NCBI RefSeq assembly: GCF_001194135.2
Contig: NC_068989.1
Location: forward strand, 43,481,959 to 43,545,958
Source: Octopus bimaculoides
Taxonomy: Eukaryota
DNA length: 64,000 nt
Direction: 5' to 3'
Shown: piece after piece, positions 40,014 through 52,996 of the stretch
Layout: each line of letters begins with the position of its first letter
Position numbering within the stretch: the stretch's first letter is position 1
Program-made: the position numbers and the translations under genes
The notes under the pieces: model-generated
The model's input: only the letters and a program-made list of their open reading frames with translations
Databases searched by the model: none
What the model was told of the DNA's origin: nothing

Positions 40014-40225
40014 CCCTTTAGCATTTACATCACCTAGTCAAGCATAATGCTTATTTATTTACAATGTTTTAAATAAATCATGCACTATCTCCTACCTTCA
40101 ATAATGTGACTGCTTATTTTCAGAATGATATTGCGGGGTAGGTGTGAGAAGTTGGATCTGACCAGTTCGAACATAAAACAGGGAGAATATTTGGACTGGA
40201 TATGGCCAGTTTAAATGCTATAGGG
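40014..40225. mobile_element. TTAA MITE family E copy, inverted relative to 39361-39846
   Basis: Internal sequence is the reverse complement of the neighbouring copy. TTAA on both sides. Confidence 0.8.
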
Positions 40226-40519
40226 TTAAATGATACATAGATGGCTATTTTAATATAATGGTGTTACAGTTGCATAAATGTTTCAATTACATTGGTGCAG
40301 GCATGGCTGTGTGGTAAGAAGTTTGCTTCATAACTACACAGTTCCAGGTTCAGTCCCACTGTGTAACACCTTCAGCAAGAGTCCTCTACTATAGCCTCAG
40401 GCCAACCAAAGCCTTGTGAGTGGATTTGGTAGACAGAAACTGAAAGAAGCCCATTGTATATATATGTCTGCCACCACCACCTAACAAGCTGTGTAGGTGT
40501 TTACATCCCCATAACTTAG

Positions 40520-41190
40520 GGGATGTAAAGGTATCCATCAGTTTGGTTAGAGAGCGCTTTAAGCTGATGATTCTGCATTTTTACAGTTACACTTTTTCCA
40601 TGACAGTAGATAAATTTTTTATTCCACAACGTATTTGTAGTGGCTTCTTGCAGTCATCGCATGGATTCTATTCTCGATTGCCAAATTTTACTTAACATTT
40701 CAACAGCACTTTTCTCACAGTAAAACAATAGCTTTTCTGTGAATGATAGCAGTTATACATTTCCCAGATGCTTTTCGCTAAGCAGAATGTCTTCGCCACT
40801 TGAACCTTCTAACCTCTTGTAGGCCACCAGGGCCTGGAATGGAGATAACAGACCTCCAACGAAATCATTTGTTCTCCACATTATGTCTATCCTTCTGGCT
40901 GCTTTTCGATAGTTATAAAAACAAGAAATCTGTAAGCTAAATGAAGTTACTGAGAGCGACCATCAGTGAGTGTGAACATTATTATTGCACTTTCTTCAAA
41001 CACTTCATTCATATATTTATATACAAAAAATCTCTCCCTCTTTCAGCTGACAGCTTTTTGTACTTTTTTGTGATGGAAAATACACATTTTTTGGCAGTTA
41101 TTATTCTGATATAAGAAAGCAATTTCATTATAAGGTGTTTCTTTCAATAGAAAGTCTTTACCCCCAGGAATTACCGGGTACACTAGCTAG
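40520..41190 (+). mobile_element. Helitron-like element (3' end clear, 5' end uncertain)
   Basis: cccaggaattaccggg hairpin then CTAG|T at 41187-41191. Confidence 0.5.
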
Positions 41191-41694
41191 TATATATATA
41201 TATATATATTGAGGCCATAAGAAAACACAAGCATGACATAAGATTTTAAAACTAAACATTAATAAATGCATCCTGTGTGTATGTGTGAATGTGTGCATGT
41301 ATGTATTCATGTGCTTGTGTGCACGTGTGCACATGTGAGAGCATATGGCCTAGTGGTTAGGGTATTGCACTTATGATCTTGTGATTTAATCCCCAGACTG
41401 GGTGTTGCATAGTGTTGGCAAGCAAAACACTTCATTTCATGTTGCCCTGCAATCAGTTCAACATCTGATGTGCACCTGTACAAGCAATGCTGAATTGATG
41501 GAGAGAGTGAGATAATTAAGCACTAAACATTTGATCAATATACGCAGTTCATCTGTGCAGGTTGTTCAGCAAATAATTGCTGAACCCTCATCTGTCATTA
41601 AATGATACATGGTGGACTTTTCCTAACAGCCTGATTCAGCTCCATGCAACATGGGCTTGTGTATTATTTAAAAGTCCACTATGTATTATTTAAT

Positions 41695-41845
41695 AGCAGT
41701 CTGACTCATCTCCATGCAGCTTAAAGTTTTGTGGACTTGTAAAATGAACCTAGCTCTTCAAACTTGGGTTACTAAAGCCTTAAGAGCTAGGTTTGTTTTA
41801 CAAGCCCATGAATCATTAAGTTACATGAAGCCAAATCAAACTGTT
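41695..41845. repeat. Long imperfect palindrome
   Basis: Inner 22-bp stem ttgtaaaatgaacctagctctt / aagagctaggtttgttttacaa with a 23-nt loop, extending outward about 40 bp more at lower identity. Confidence 0.75.
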
Positions 41846-41964
41846 GTTTAACTAATATAACTACTACCAAATGTGTTGAGGGTCACTTTTTGTTTGTCCA
41901 CAGACACACACATATATATATAACAAAATACTTTTAGCTATGTGTGTAACATATGTACATATAA

Positions 41965-42014
<50 letters not shown>

Positions 42015-43689
42015 ACGCACAAAATACACCAGATATTCAGGAACCTATCTTTAGCACACAAATGGAGGGCAGCCAAATATATTGCACAGCAAATTTTAAC
42101 TTCCCCATTTCTCTTCTAGATATAACAACATGGCAGATACAAGTTTGGCAAAGGAAATAAGATATGCCTTGCTCATAGCACTAGCTGCCAATCACAACAA
42201 ATCCAAGATTGACAGTTTCTTGAATATGGCCAAGTCCTTTTTTATCTTCAAGGTCAGAATAAGTTGAAAGCTTCTGGTAAGGATGCAACACCTGTGGGTA
42301 CAACAAAGAAATATTCTAAGCAGTCAGACTTCATTGGGACAACCTAGTTCATTCAGCAGATTTAAGTTATCAATGACAACCCCAAAAGGTTAACAAGGGC
42401 CATTGCAGAATAGAGCAATGTGATGCAGGAGGACAACAGATACAAGTCCAACAGGACAGAGAGAGCAAAGATCATGTCCAACAAAATCCAAAAGGACCAT
42501 ATACCACAGGACTCCCAACATCATGTAGCTTCCTAGCTCTCCTAATCCAAATTCTGTGCTGCTATGTCTAGGGATGTAATGTAGTTGGGGGACCAGCAGA
42601 TGGTCCCATGTTGCCAAAAACTCCTTGAGGTTTGCCATCATGAGCAAAGGCTACTTGATATTGGTATGCAGTCATTTTCACCACATCAGAACCATTATTG
42701 AGGCTGAAGATAGCTTTTGTTGAATGACCCGTTACTTTGATGCCTTTAATGAACATGTATACCATATTCTAGAGTATTCTGCTTTTCTTCTGATGGATAT
42801 TTCTAATAGGAACCTAGAGGTGCCTGATGACTCTATCCCAGTGAACATCCCAGGAATAGTAGGTGAGAAGACAGCATGTGCATTCTCACACACATATACA
42901 CACAATGCTCCATCCTCCTAATGATGCTATACAAGTTAAGCAATGATAAATAAACATCAAACGTTCATCCTGTTGCTCACATCTAACACTATCCCAGATC
43001 ACATACGAGTCACAAAACAGAATGAATAACTTTACAAGAACTAATTCCATTACCCATTTTCATTCAATTCTTTGTTGAAGAAGCAATTTTACTACATGTA
43101 CAAGTATTTTGCATTTAGTTAGATAAAAGCAAAACAAAAAAACAAAAAAAAAAAAAAAAAGGACCTTCACAGTTTCAACTTCCCCTTCATTACATTCTAT
43201 AAAAAGAAAATCAGGCCAAGCAATGTTTTTTAAATTAATATGATGGCTGGAACAATGAAAATACAACTAAAAATTATACCATATATAAATGTAGGATGAA
43301 CTCATAACTGTCACTTGGAAAAAAAAAAAAAAAAAAAAAAAAACTTCTGTAAAACTATTATATTTATATCATTCACTGCTAGAACATGGATAAGGCTAAT
43401 GAGAGACACTAAGAGAACCAGTTTAAATAACTAAAGCCTACATTCCATACATGTTTAGTAGTTATATAAGGAATGTAAAGAGGTATGTGTATGTGGAGCA
43501 GAGAATATCTATGTATAACATTGGCTGTTGTGCATGTGTGTGCGTACAGTTATGTATTAAATGAACCTCAGATGTGAGCTATGCATATGGGTATGTATGT
43601 ATGTATGTTCATTGAAACAAATGAAAAGGCAAATAGTTTGGCAAGACTTGACAAGGACCCTGAGTCACTGATGAAAATTCTTCATACCG

Positions 43690-43724
<35 letters not shown>

Positions 43725-43779
43725 GTATGTGTGTACACATCCAACCCATGCGAGCATGGAAAACATGTTAAATGATGAT

Positions 43780-43810
<31 letters not shown>

Positions 43811-43926
43811 GGTAAATAATTGTGTAATTAAGTGTAGGTGTGTGTATGTTAATAATAAAGAACAAGTTAAACCAGGAAGATTATGAACAAGGAGACAAAT
43901 GTATAAAGTTAAAAAATACTTGTCAG

Positions 43927-43967
<41 letters not shown>

Positions 43968-44324
43968 CATTTAAGTTTACACTTTTGACAAGGCTAATAG
44001 AAATAGGTAATTTTAATTCCTTTCATACACACACTTACAGTAATAATTATTTCTTACACTGACAAGGTTTAATAATGTATTTTGATTCAGTAATACAATG
44101 CCAAGGAGTTAAAAGACATTAATAATAGATATTTCTGTTTCTTTAAAACCTCTTAGATTACCGGCTTGGGGTCAAAATTTAGAAACCAATGAGGTCATTC
44201 AGTCTGCTAAAAATAACAGCCATATCTCAAAATCACACCCCACTCGTTTCAAAAGAGAACAAACACAGTGTCTAACATACAGGGTGGTTACAGTTACAAT
44301 GTCTTTGGTCATACGTCTGCTTAA

Positions 44325-44541
44325 CCCTTTAGCATCTAATCTAGCTATGTCTGGCCCAAATACTCAACCTGTTTAATATTTAAACCAGACAGAGTCAGTC
44401 TCTCATACCTACCCTGTAATGTTATCCTAAAAATAAACAATCATTTCATCAAAATCTTGAACCTATGTGATAATGTATGGTTAATTCAAAACAATGTGAT
44501 TACATAATTACATTTGATAAAATAATCTGATCACTAAAGGG
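44325..44541. mobile_element. TTAA MITE family E copy
   Basis: TTAA|ccctttagcat ... cactaaaggg|TTAA. Confidence 0.75.
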
Positions 44542-46612
44542 TTAATCAGAGTTAACTCAAGGCTATGCAATAAAACTGAGATTAATTGAAACTGTAATAA
44601 ACAGCCAAGTAAGCTATGTTGTAAGAAGAAGTTACATAGAAAGGAGTCACCTGTGAAATTACAGAAGAATTTGAGGTTAGTGAATACTAAGAGAGCAGTG
44701 TAGCTAGGAGTTCCATTTGCTCAGTTTGGAGGAACGATTAATGCAACTGGTTTTCACAGAAGACTCGTTTAGATACAGGTACACCTGTGTGAAAAGTTTG
44801 CTTGCCAAACAAATAGTCTCAAGTTCAGTCCAACTGAATGACACCTTGGGCAACTGTCATTTACTATAGCCCTCAGCCAACCAAAGCCTCATGAGAAGAT
44901 TTTGATAGATAGAAACTGAAACCTATATNNNNNNNNNNNNNNNNNNNNNNNNNNNNNNNNNNNNNNNNNNNNNNNNNNNNNNNNNNNNNNNNNNNNNNNN
45001 NNNNNNNNNNNNNNNNNNNNNNNNNNNNNNNNNNNNNNNNNNNNNNNNNNNNNNNNNNNNNNNNNNNNNNNNNNNNNNNNNNNNNNNNNNNNNNNNNNNN
45101 NNNNNNNNNNNNNNNNNNNNNNNNNNNNNNNNNNNNNNNNNNNNNNNNNNNNNNNNNNNNNNNNNNNNNNNNNNNNNNNNNNNNNNNNNNNNNNNNNNNN
45201 NNNNNNNNNNNNNNNNNNNNNNNNNNNNNNNNNNNNNNNNNNNNNNNNNNNNNNNNNNNNNNNNNNNNNNNNNNNNNNNNNNNNNNNNNNNNNNNNNNNN
45301 NNNNNNNNNNNNNNNNNNATTCTACTATAGCCTCGGGCCGATCAAAGCCTTGTGAGTGGATTTGGTACACGGAAACTGAAAGAAGCCCGTCGTATATATA
45401 TGTATATATATATGTATGTATGTTTGTGTGTCTGTGTTTGTTCCCCCATAATCGCTTGACAACCAATGGTGGTGTGTTTACGTCCCCGTAACTTAGCGGT
45501 TCGGCAAAAGAGGCTGATAGAATAAGTACTAGGCTTCCAAAGAATAAGTCCTGGGGTCGATTTGCTCGACTAAAAGCAGTGCTCCAGCATGGCCGCAGTC
45601 AAATGACAAACAAGTAAAAGAGTAAAAGTGTGTGTGTGTGCGTGCGTGCGTGTGTGTGTCTCCCCCTTTGCTTTGACTATTCTACAGGATTGCATGATTG
45701 ATTTACATCTCATGGCTGTTTATCCAAGTTCCATGATAACCATCTCCAGCTGTGGGTCTTTTGATGACTGGCTACAGTTCTTAAAAGGTAGCAACAACAG
45801 TGAATATAACTATACAGGCAGTTGGAGAATTGCACCTGCTACAGCTTATACTAAACCTCTGCACCTTCACTTGCAGTAACACCAAATTTGCAATGAGTTT
45901 ATAGACACTACTTGATAAGTCACCATTTGGCCATTAACAGAATACTATGCCATTAAATTTTTTAAACAACAAATATACTTTTTTTTTCCTTGATGAGGTG
46001 GGTTTCTCAATATAAAAAAAAACTATTAATGGACGAAAGTAAAATAGTCGACAATATAGTGCCACCTTAATACTAAAACCATCCAACATATCACTGTTAT
46101 CACTGAAGTTGAATTCCTTGAATATTTTGATTACATTCTTAATTAATGTGAGCAATTTACTCTTCAAGTGAAATGACTTAACAGAAAAGAGAACTAATAA
46201 TAGAAAACACCTGAGAAACACAACTGCATTTCTGCAAAATTATGAAATTTTGACTGTTCTGGTAATGGTGAAGTTATGAAGTTCCCTGAAAATTTGCATT
46301 ATACAGATGGATATCTGCAGAGATGTTTGTACTAAAATACAAACATCTCCACAGTATAGCTGTCACTTTAAGTCCCATACCTCATAGAACAGGAAAATGG
46401 TAGTTTTGAGAGTTATTCTCTTTTTTTTTTTTTTTTTTTTTTTGCTATTCATACATTTCATACAATGAGATGATGAAGGGAATTTTTTTGCATCCCTCCT
46501 CCACCCCACAACTTCCTCAATCTTTGCCCTTTTCCTTCCCATGCAACTTCAAGTGACAGCTACTCCAAAACTCCACTTTTAATAAGAACACTAACACAGT
46601 AGCAACCCTTAC

Positions 46613-46649
46613 CATGTCATCAAAGATAAACTTTGTAATGTATTTATAT
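46613..46649 (-). CDS. Candidate upstream exon ending in ATG (possible start codon split from the terminal exon)
   Basis: tttgtAG acceptor, 37 nt ending GACATG, then donor GTAAGG. Splicing to 11175 would give M-AANEF... with gacATGG context. Splice signals only. Confidence 0.25.
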
Positions 46650-47390
46650 CTACAAACATGCATCTTTTCTAACCTACTCATTTACATAATTTTGTATCAA
46701 GTAGTTCAATTGCAGAACTANNNNNNNNNNNNNNNNNNNNNNNNNNNNNNNNNNNNNNNNNNNNNNNNNNNNNNNNNNNNNNNNNNNNNNNNNNNNNNNN
46801 NNNNNNNNNNNNNNNNNNNNNNNNNNNNNNNNNNNNNNNNNNNNNNNNNNNNNNNNNNNNNNNNNNNNNNNNNNNNNNNNNNNNNNNNNNNNNNNNNNNN
46901 NNNNNNNNNNNNNNNNNNNNNNNNNNNNNNNNNNNNNNNNNNNNNNNNNNNNNNNNNNNNNNNNNNNNNNNNNNNNNNNNNNNNNNNNNNNNNNNNNNNN
47001 NNNNNNNNNNNNNNNNNNNNNNNNNNNNNNNNNNNNNNNNNNNNNNNNNNNNNNNNNNNNNNNNNNNNNNNNNNNNNNNNNNNNNNNNNNNNNNNNNNNN
47101 NNNNNNNNNNNNNNNNNNNNNNNNNNNNNNNNNNNNNNNNNNNNNNNNNNNNNNNNNNNNNNNNNNNNNNNNNNNNNNNNNNNNNNNNNNNNNNNNNNNN
47201 NNNNNNNNNNNNNNNNNNNNNNNNNNNNNNNNNNNNNNNNNNNNNNNNNNNNNNNNNNNNNNNNNNNNNNNNNNNNNNNNNNNNNNNNNNNNNNNNNNNN
47301 NNNNNNNNNNNNNNNNNNNNNNNNNNNNNNNNNNNNNNNNNNNNNNNNNNNNNNNNNNNNNNNNNNNNNNNNNNNNNNNAGGATTTTCAC

Positions 47391-47438
47391 TAGGGTGTTA
47401 GGGTTAGGGTTACGGATTTAGGGTCAGGGTTAGGGTTA
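47391..47438 (+). repeat. Degenerate interstitial (TTAGGG)n
   Basis: tagggtgttagggttagggttacggatttagggtcagggttagggtta, next to a gap. Confidence 0.7.
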
Positions 47439-47505
47439 ATGTTGGACAATCCTGCGGGTGTTAATCTGAAAAATTACAGAAATGTGAAAAGTACCGACCC
47501 TGCCA

Positions 47506-48056
47506 TCTATTATAACTTTTGTTGTTCTGTTTAATATATACATAGATTATGCCTCCAAAGAAGAGAGTTTGCTGGGGAAAGAAAGCAGCTGGTTTAAAAT
47601 GACAGCAACAGACTGCAGCAATTCACCACATTCCAGAAGCTACTTTGAACATAATGCAAAATGGTGCATGAACATCTTCTGCTCAATCTGATAGAATTCT
47701 GGCAAAACGGTGTAGCAACAGATCGCCAGCAAGAGCTTCATCACAAATTGCCGTCCTAGCTCCTGCTAAAAGGGATTACCCTTCTATATATAGTCAGGGC
47801 AGCGCAAAAAGTTGTTTTGCCCAAGCATTTCTATAGCCAATTAGACGAATGAAATTTACGTACACTTAATAATGTTACGCAAAACAGCCTTCAGACTTTC
47901 CCTATTAATTTCATTGTCTTTTGAATTATGAACATATTTACATCATAAAGGTTTTTTCGTTGTAATGTTTTGTTTTTTAGTTGATTTTCACCTAGCAAGA
48001 CTTATCGTAGATGGCATAATAAGTCACACCCGAACAACGTCGGGTTATACTGCTAG
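47506..48056 (+). mobile_element. Non-autonomous Helitron
   Basis: A|TC 5' end at 47506. 3' hairpin CCCGA-acaacg-TCGGG (48029-48044) followed by CTAG|T. Internal atgcctccaaagaagaga (MPPKKR) remnant at 47549. Confidence 0.7.
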
Positions 48057-48645
48057 TCTATAATAAACTACTTATATGAGAGATGTTTGTTTACAACTAG
48101 TGTGATGTTGAGACACACACACAAAGCACTTTTGTGAAAACATACCTAATCCATGGGGGAAATATTGCTGCACTTCAAAACAGGTGAAGGTTGGCAACAA
48201 GAAAGGGATCCAGTCACAAAATCTGCCTCAGCCAATTCTGTCTGACCCACGCAAGCATGGAAAAGTGGACGTTAATATAATGATCATTCTTTTACTTCAT
48301 TTTCCATGCTGGTGCTAGCATGGATATGTCACAATATATGGAACACATACATCTCTTAGCTAATGAAGTTTTTGATGATAACAATAACTCTAAGCTTAAA
48401 AAGTCATAAAGTTGGCTAAATCTAAACATCTATTGTTTTACACTTGTAATTCTAATTTTCTGGTTCTGTTCATTTTATCAGATACAAAATAGGTGGTTTG
48501 GTGTGGCAATAAGGTTGCTTCACAATCACATGGTTCCAGGCTCAGACCCACTACATGGCACCTTGGGCAAGTGATTTCTATAGCGTCAGGCCAACCAAAG
48601 CCTTGGAAGTGAATGTGATAGACTGAAACTGAAAGAAGCCTGTCA

Positions 48646-48900
48646 TCTATATATACAAAACTGAGAATGTGTGTCTGTCTGTATGTATGTGTGAATCCCT
48701 AAAACTCAAAAACTACCCAACCGATTTCATTCAAATTTTACACATGCATTACTTAGGGTCCATGGAGTGTCATGCACAAAAAAAATTTCAACTTCTTACC
48801 TAATGCAGGCCTGGACCAATCTTTTAGACTGGTTTAGTATTACATGTCAAAAGTGAATATTGTTTCACTTTTATTCTTTCACTTAATTCTACAGTCCAAT
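48646..48900 (+). mobile_element. Helitron/DINE-like non-autonomous 5' portion
   Basis: A|TCtatatatacaaaactgagaatgtgtgtctgtctgtatg...caaccgatttcattcaaattttacac, a typical HelitronN/DINE-like start. Confidence 0.5.
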
Positions 48901-48906
48901 GACTGA

Positions 48907-48944
<38 letters not shown>

Positions 48945-49241
48945 TCTTTGTCATTATGACTGCAACCATGCTGGAGCACCGCCTTTAGTCATACAAATTG
49001 ACCCCAGGACTAATTCTTTGTAAGCCTAGTACTCATTCTATCAGTCTCGTTTCCCAAACTGCTAAGTTTTGAGAACATAAACACACCAACATCAGTTGTC
49101 AAGCGATGGTGAGGAGACAAACACAGACACACAAATGCATACATGGAGAGAGAGAGAGAGAGATAGAAAGAGAGAGAGAGATACAGATAGAGAGACAGAT
49201 AGAGACACAGATAGATAGAGAGAGAGAAAGGGAGATAGATT

Positions 49242-49299
<58 letters not shown>

Positions 49300-49452
49300 T
49301 ATATATATATATATATATATAGAGAGANNNNNNNNNNNNNNNNNNNNNNNNNNNNNNNNNNNNNNNNNNNNNNNNNNNNNNNNNNNNNNNNNNNNNNNNN
49401 NNNNNNNNNNNNNNNNNNNNNNNNNNNNNNNNNNNNNNNNNNNNNNNNNNNN

Positions 49453-49519
<67 letters not shown>

Positions 49520-50356
49520 CCCAAGCAATTTAACCCGTCCGTCAGTCCAGTGTCCCATGATGGAGATGCTATTCGATGGCATGGGCCTGCCTCCCTAGGT
49601 GCCAAACCGCAAGCCCACTGACTTTTCAGAGTTAATTTTTGCTCCCATTACCGCTTTGGATCCTTTTAGTGTCATGCCGACCAGGTTGATATGCCTGTGG
49701 CTCAACATTAAGATAGTGACGTCTGTGTATGCAGACACACCCCTCCCACTTCGCATCCTTCATGTTTGGTATTAAAGTGTTGGTCAAGGGACAACCTCTG
49801 CTAGCATGTTGGACACAATACCATTTCTATGTGCTTCTTCTAATTTCTTAACTAGGTTTCCCTCCAACTAATTTCAATTTATTGCTAGAGCCTAACTATA
49901 CCTAACCAATTATACTTTAATTGCTTTCTTTAGGGCATACCAACATCTATTATAATCAGATAGATATCATCATCATCATCATATATATATATACTCTTTA
50001 CTCTTTTACTTGTTTCAGTCATTTGATTGCGGCCATGCTGGAGCATCGCCTTTAGTCGAGCAAATCGACCCTAGGACTTATTCTTTGTAAGCCTAGTACT
50101 TATTCTATCAGCATCAGTTATCAAGTGATGTTGGGGGGTACAAACACAGACACACAAACATATACATACACATATATATACATACATATATACGACGGGC
50201 TTCTTTTCAGTTTCCGTCTACCAAATCCACTCACAAGGCTTTGGTCGGCCCAAGGCTATAGTAGAAGACACTTGCCCAAGGTACCACGCAGTGGGACTGA
50301 ACCCAGAACCATGTCGTTGGTAAGCAAGCTACTTACCACACAGCCACTCCTGCGCC

Positions 50357-50393
<37 letters not shown>

Positions 50394-51121
50394 ATATCAT
50401 CATCATCATCATCATCATCGTTTAACGTCCGCTTTCCATGCTAGCATGGGTTGGACGATTTGACNNNNNNNNNNCACGAAAACGGCCACGCTCGAAATGG
50501 TGTCTTTTATGTGCCACCCGCACAAGCCAGTCCAGGGGCACTGGCAACGATCTCGCTCGAAAATCCTACAGGAGCCAGTCAGGCGGTACTGGCAACGGCC
50601 ACGCTCAAAATGGTGCATCTCATGTGCCACCCGCACAAGAACCAGTCCAGGGGCACTGGCAACGATCTTACTTGGCTTGCCGGGTCTTCTCACGCACAGC
50701 ACATTTATATATATATATATATTTTTTTGAAACAAGGAAGATTTAGTCAAAAGTAGACTCTTTCAGATAAGTCTATGCTACCAATTTGATAGGGAAACAA
50801 AAAAACATGATCAATGAAAACAAAAATCATGAAACAGATTTTATACATGCAAAAAAAATTAAATATCACAGTTCCTAAAGCTTTGAAAGAATCTGTATAA
50901 TTGTATGCTTTATCATTAGATAACTATCAAGTCCTTTGTATCCTCCACATAGGAAGGATACAAAGTCAACTGAGAAACAAATGGTGTCACATAGATTTTA
51001 AAACTGAAAATACTAGCAAGAGATTTATCAAAAGAGAACTTCAAAACCACAGTCAGCAGATTAGAGTTAAAGTGAACTAAAAACCAGCTTTTAAACAAGA
51101 CTGCATCAGAAATATTCTTAC

Positions 51122-51142
51122 AATTCATTTCCATTTTAGGAC
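51122..51142 (-). CDS. Candidate 21-nt microexon
   Basis: tttctattgcAG|GTCCTAAAATGGAAATGAATT|GTAAGA: good acceptor and donor, contains aaaATGG. No homology support. Confidence 0.2.
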
Positions 51143-51164
51143 CTGCAATAGAAATACTGAAATC

Positions 51165-51202
<38 letters not shown>

Positions 51203-52930
51203 NNNNNNNNNNNNNNNNNNNNNNNNNNNNNNNNNNNNNNNNNNNNNNNNNNNNNNNNNNNNNNNNNNNNNNNNNNNNNNNNNNNNNNNNNNNNNNNNNN
51301 NNNNNNNNNNNNNNNNNNNNNNNNNNNNNNNNNNNNNNNNNNNNNNNNNNNNNAAAAAAAAAAAAAAAAAAAAAAAAAACGACCAATATGTCAGAAATAT
51401 CAAATGTCAAAAGTTTCTCAAGTAAACAGTGAGAATGATCTTTTGAAAGTTCTAGCCTTGTCTAACAAGTTGGACAATCATGTAATTTTCAGTCATGTTT
51501 ATAACACTATGTTTCTTACTAAATCCATAATAGCAAGTGTTAAATTTCTGTATATCACATGCAGCATGTGATATACAAAAAGGAGGTAAACTTGTTTAAA
51601 AGGGGGTAGAAACTAGTAGTTTGGCAGTAACTTTTAATATCTGAATAGTAGTTCTTTTAATAGAATCATACCAAACATAAAGTAATAATTTCACTGTCTT
51701 GATATCTTTCCATATAGAATCTTTAAAGGTTTACCAACCACAAAACCTAAAACCTTGATGAATAAAAAGGTGGATGAAGCTTTACAAATGAAGAGGTGGG
51801 GGGCTTGAATTCAAAACATTTTTAATTCCCTTTGAGATCAAATAATATCTAAGGTATTACTTTCTACAGTTTCCCATTGACTGGGTTGACATTTTGCCTA
51901 GGGTAAAACATAAGTGACTTACTTAGAATGAGAATCAGAAAGGATGCAAATGAGAAGGGAAGGAGAAGGTATCAGTATGGAAAACTCCCTGGCTTTGGAG
52001 GCTTTCTTTCATAGAATGTCATGTTAACTAAATACTGACTGCTTTGCTTACCAGAACAAGATAAATCTAATTATTAAAGGAACCTACGCTGGAGTAAAGA
52101 TTTTGTCAATAAATGAGCCAGTGGAAATGTTCACAGAAGATGGGCTTGAGGCAAATGCCTTGTATGTAATGATATTGTGAGTAACTAATTTGCTCCATCA
52201 CATATCCTTGATGCTGCAGCAGAAGTAGGGGTTACTGCATCCATGAAATGAAATAAGACCCCGAAATAACCGTAATATGGTAAATTATATTTTTCGTCTT
52301 TGAAGACTTTGTGACATTGGTATAGGAAACGGGGGTTGATTGCTGACAATGAAATTCAATTTTGTTAGGATACCCACCCCGTCTCACTACAGTATCAAAC
52401 AAAGATCTGAAAGATATCAGGCTGTTCCAGTAAACCAGCCTTGCAAATCACCTGCAGAACTGTTATGAGCAATTTAGGTTCTCTCAAAACTTTAGAAGAC
52501 CTGTGTCTCCTGGTGTGATATGTAATTTAAGAAGTGTGAATACCACTTTATTTTGGCGATTTATTTACTCATTTCTTTTTCTTGTTTTGATCTCTTTTAC
52601 TATTTTTTTATAGACTCTGTAAACTGCAAGCATTTTTGATAAGGTTTGCAATAATTGTGTTTACAAACAATTTCTTTTACCGTTTATCTTTCATAGCTAA
52701 CAATTAAAGCCTATTTATGTAAAAGCTTAATCAAATTTAAATCAAACTATTTTTCAACTAATTCAAGCAGTTTTGAAAAATAGTTTAACTGAATACTAGC
52801 CACTAATTCTTCTAGGTAATCATGAATGAGTTGTCTGTAAGCATGTGTGTTTGGTTGCACAAACTAAAAACTGATAAGCATTGTTTATCTTAGTTAGCCA
52901 CAGGTAACTGTCTGAATCCACTAAAAATGA

Positions 52931-52996
<66 letters not shown>

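Noticed and set aside
42160-42920. Several 60-85 aa ORFs
   Set aside because: No coherent splice pattern or recognisable domain; possibly a very old LINE remnant, too decayed to call.
47391-47438. True telomere or chromosome fusion site
   Set aside because: Short, degenerate, interstitial and embedded in repeat-like sequence.
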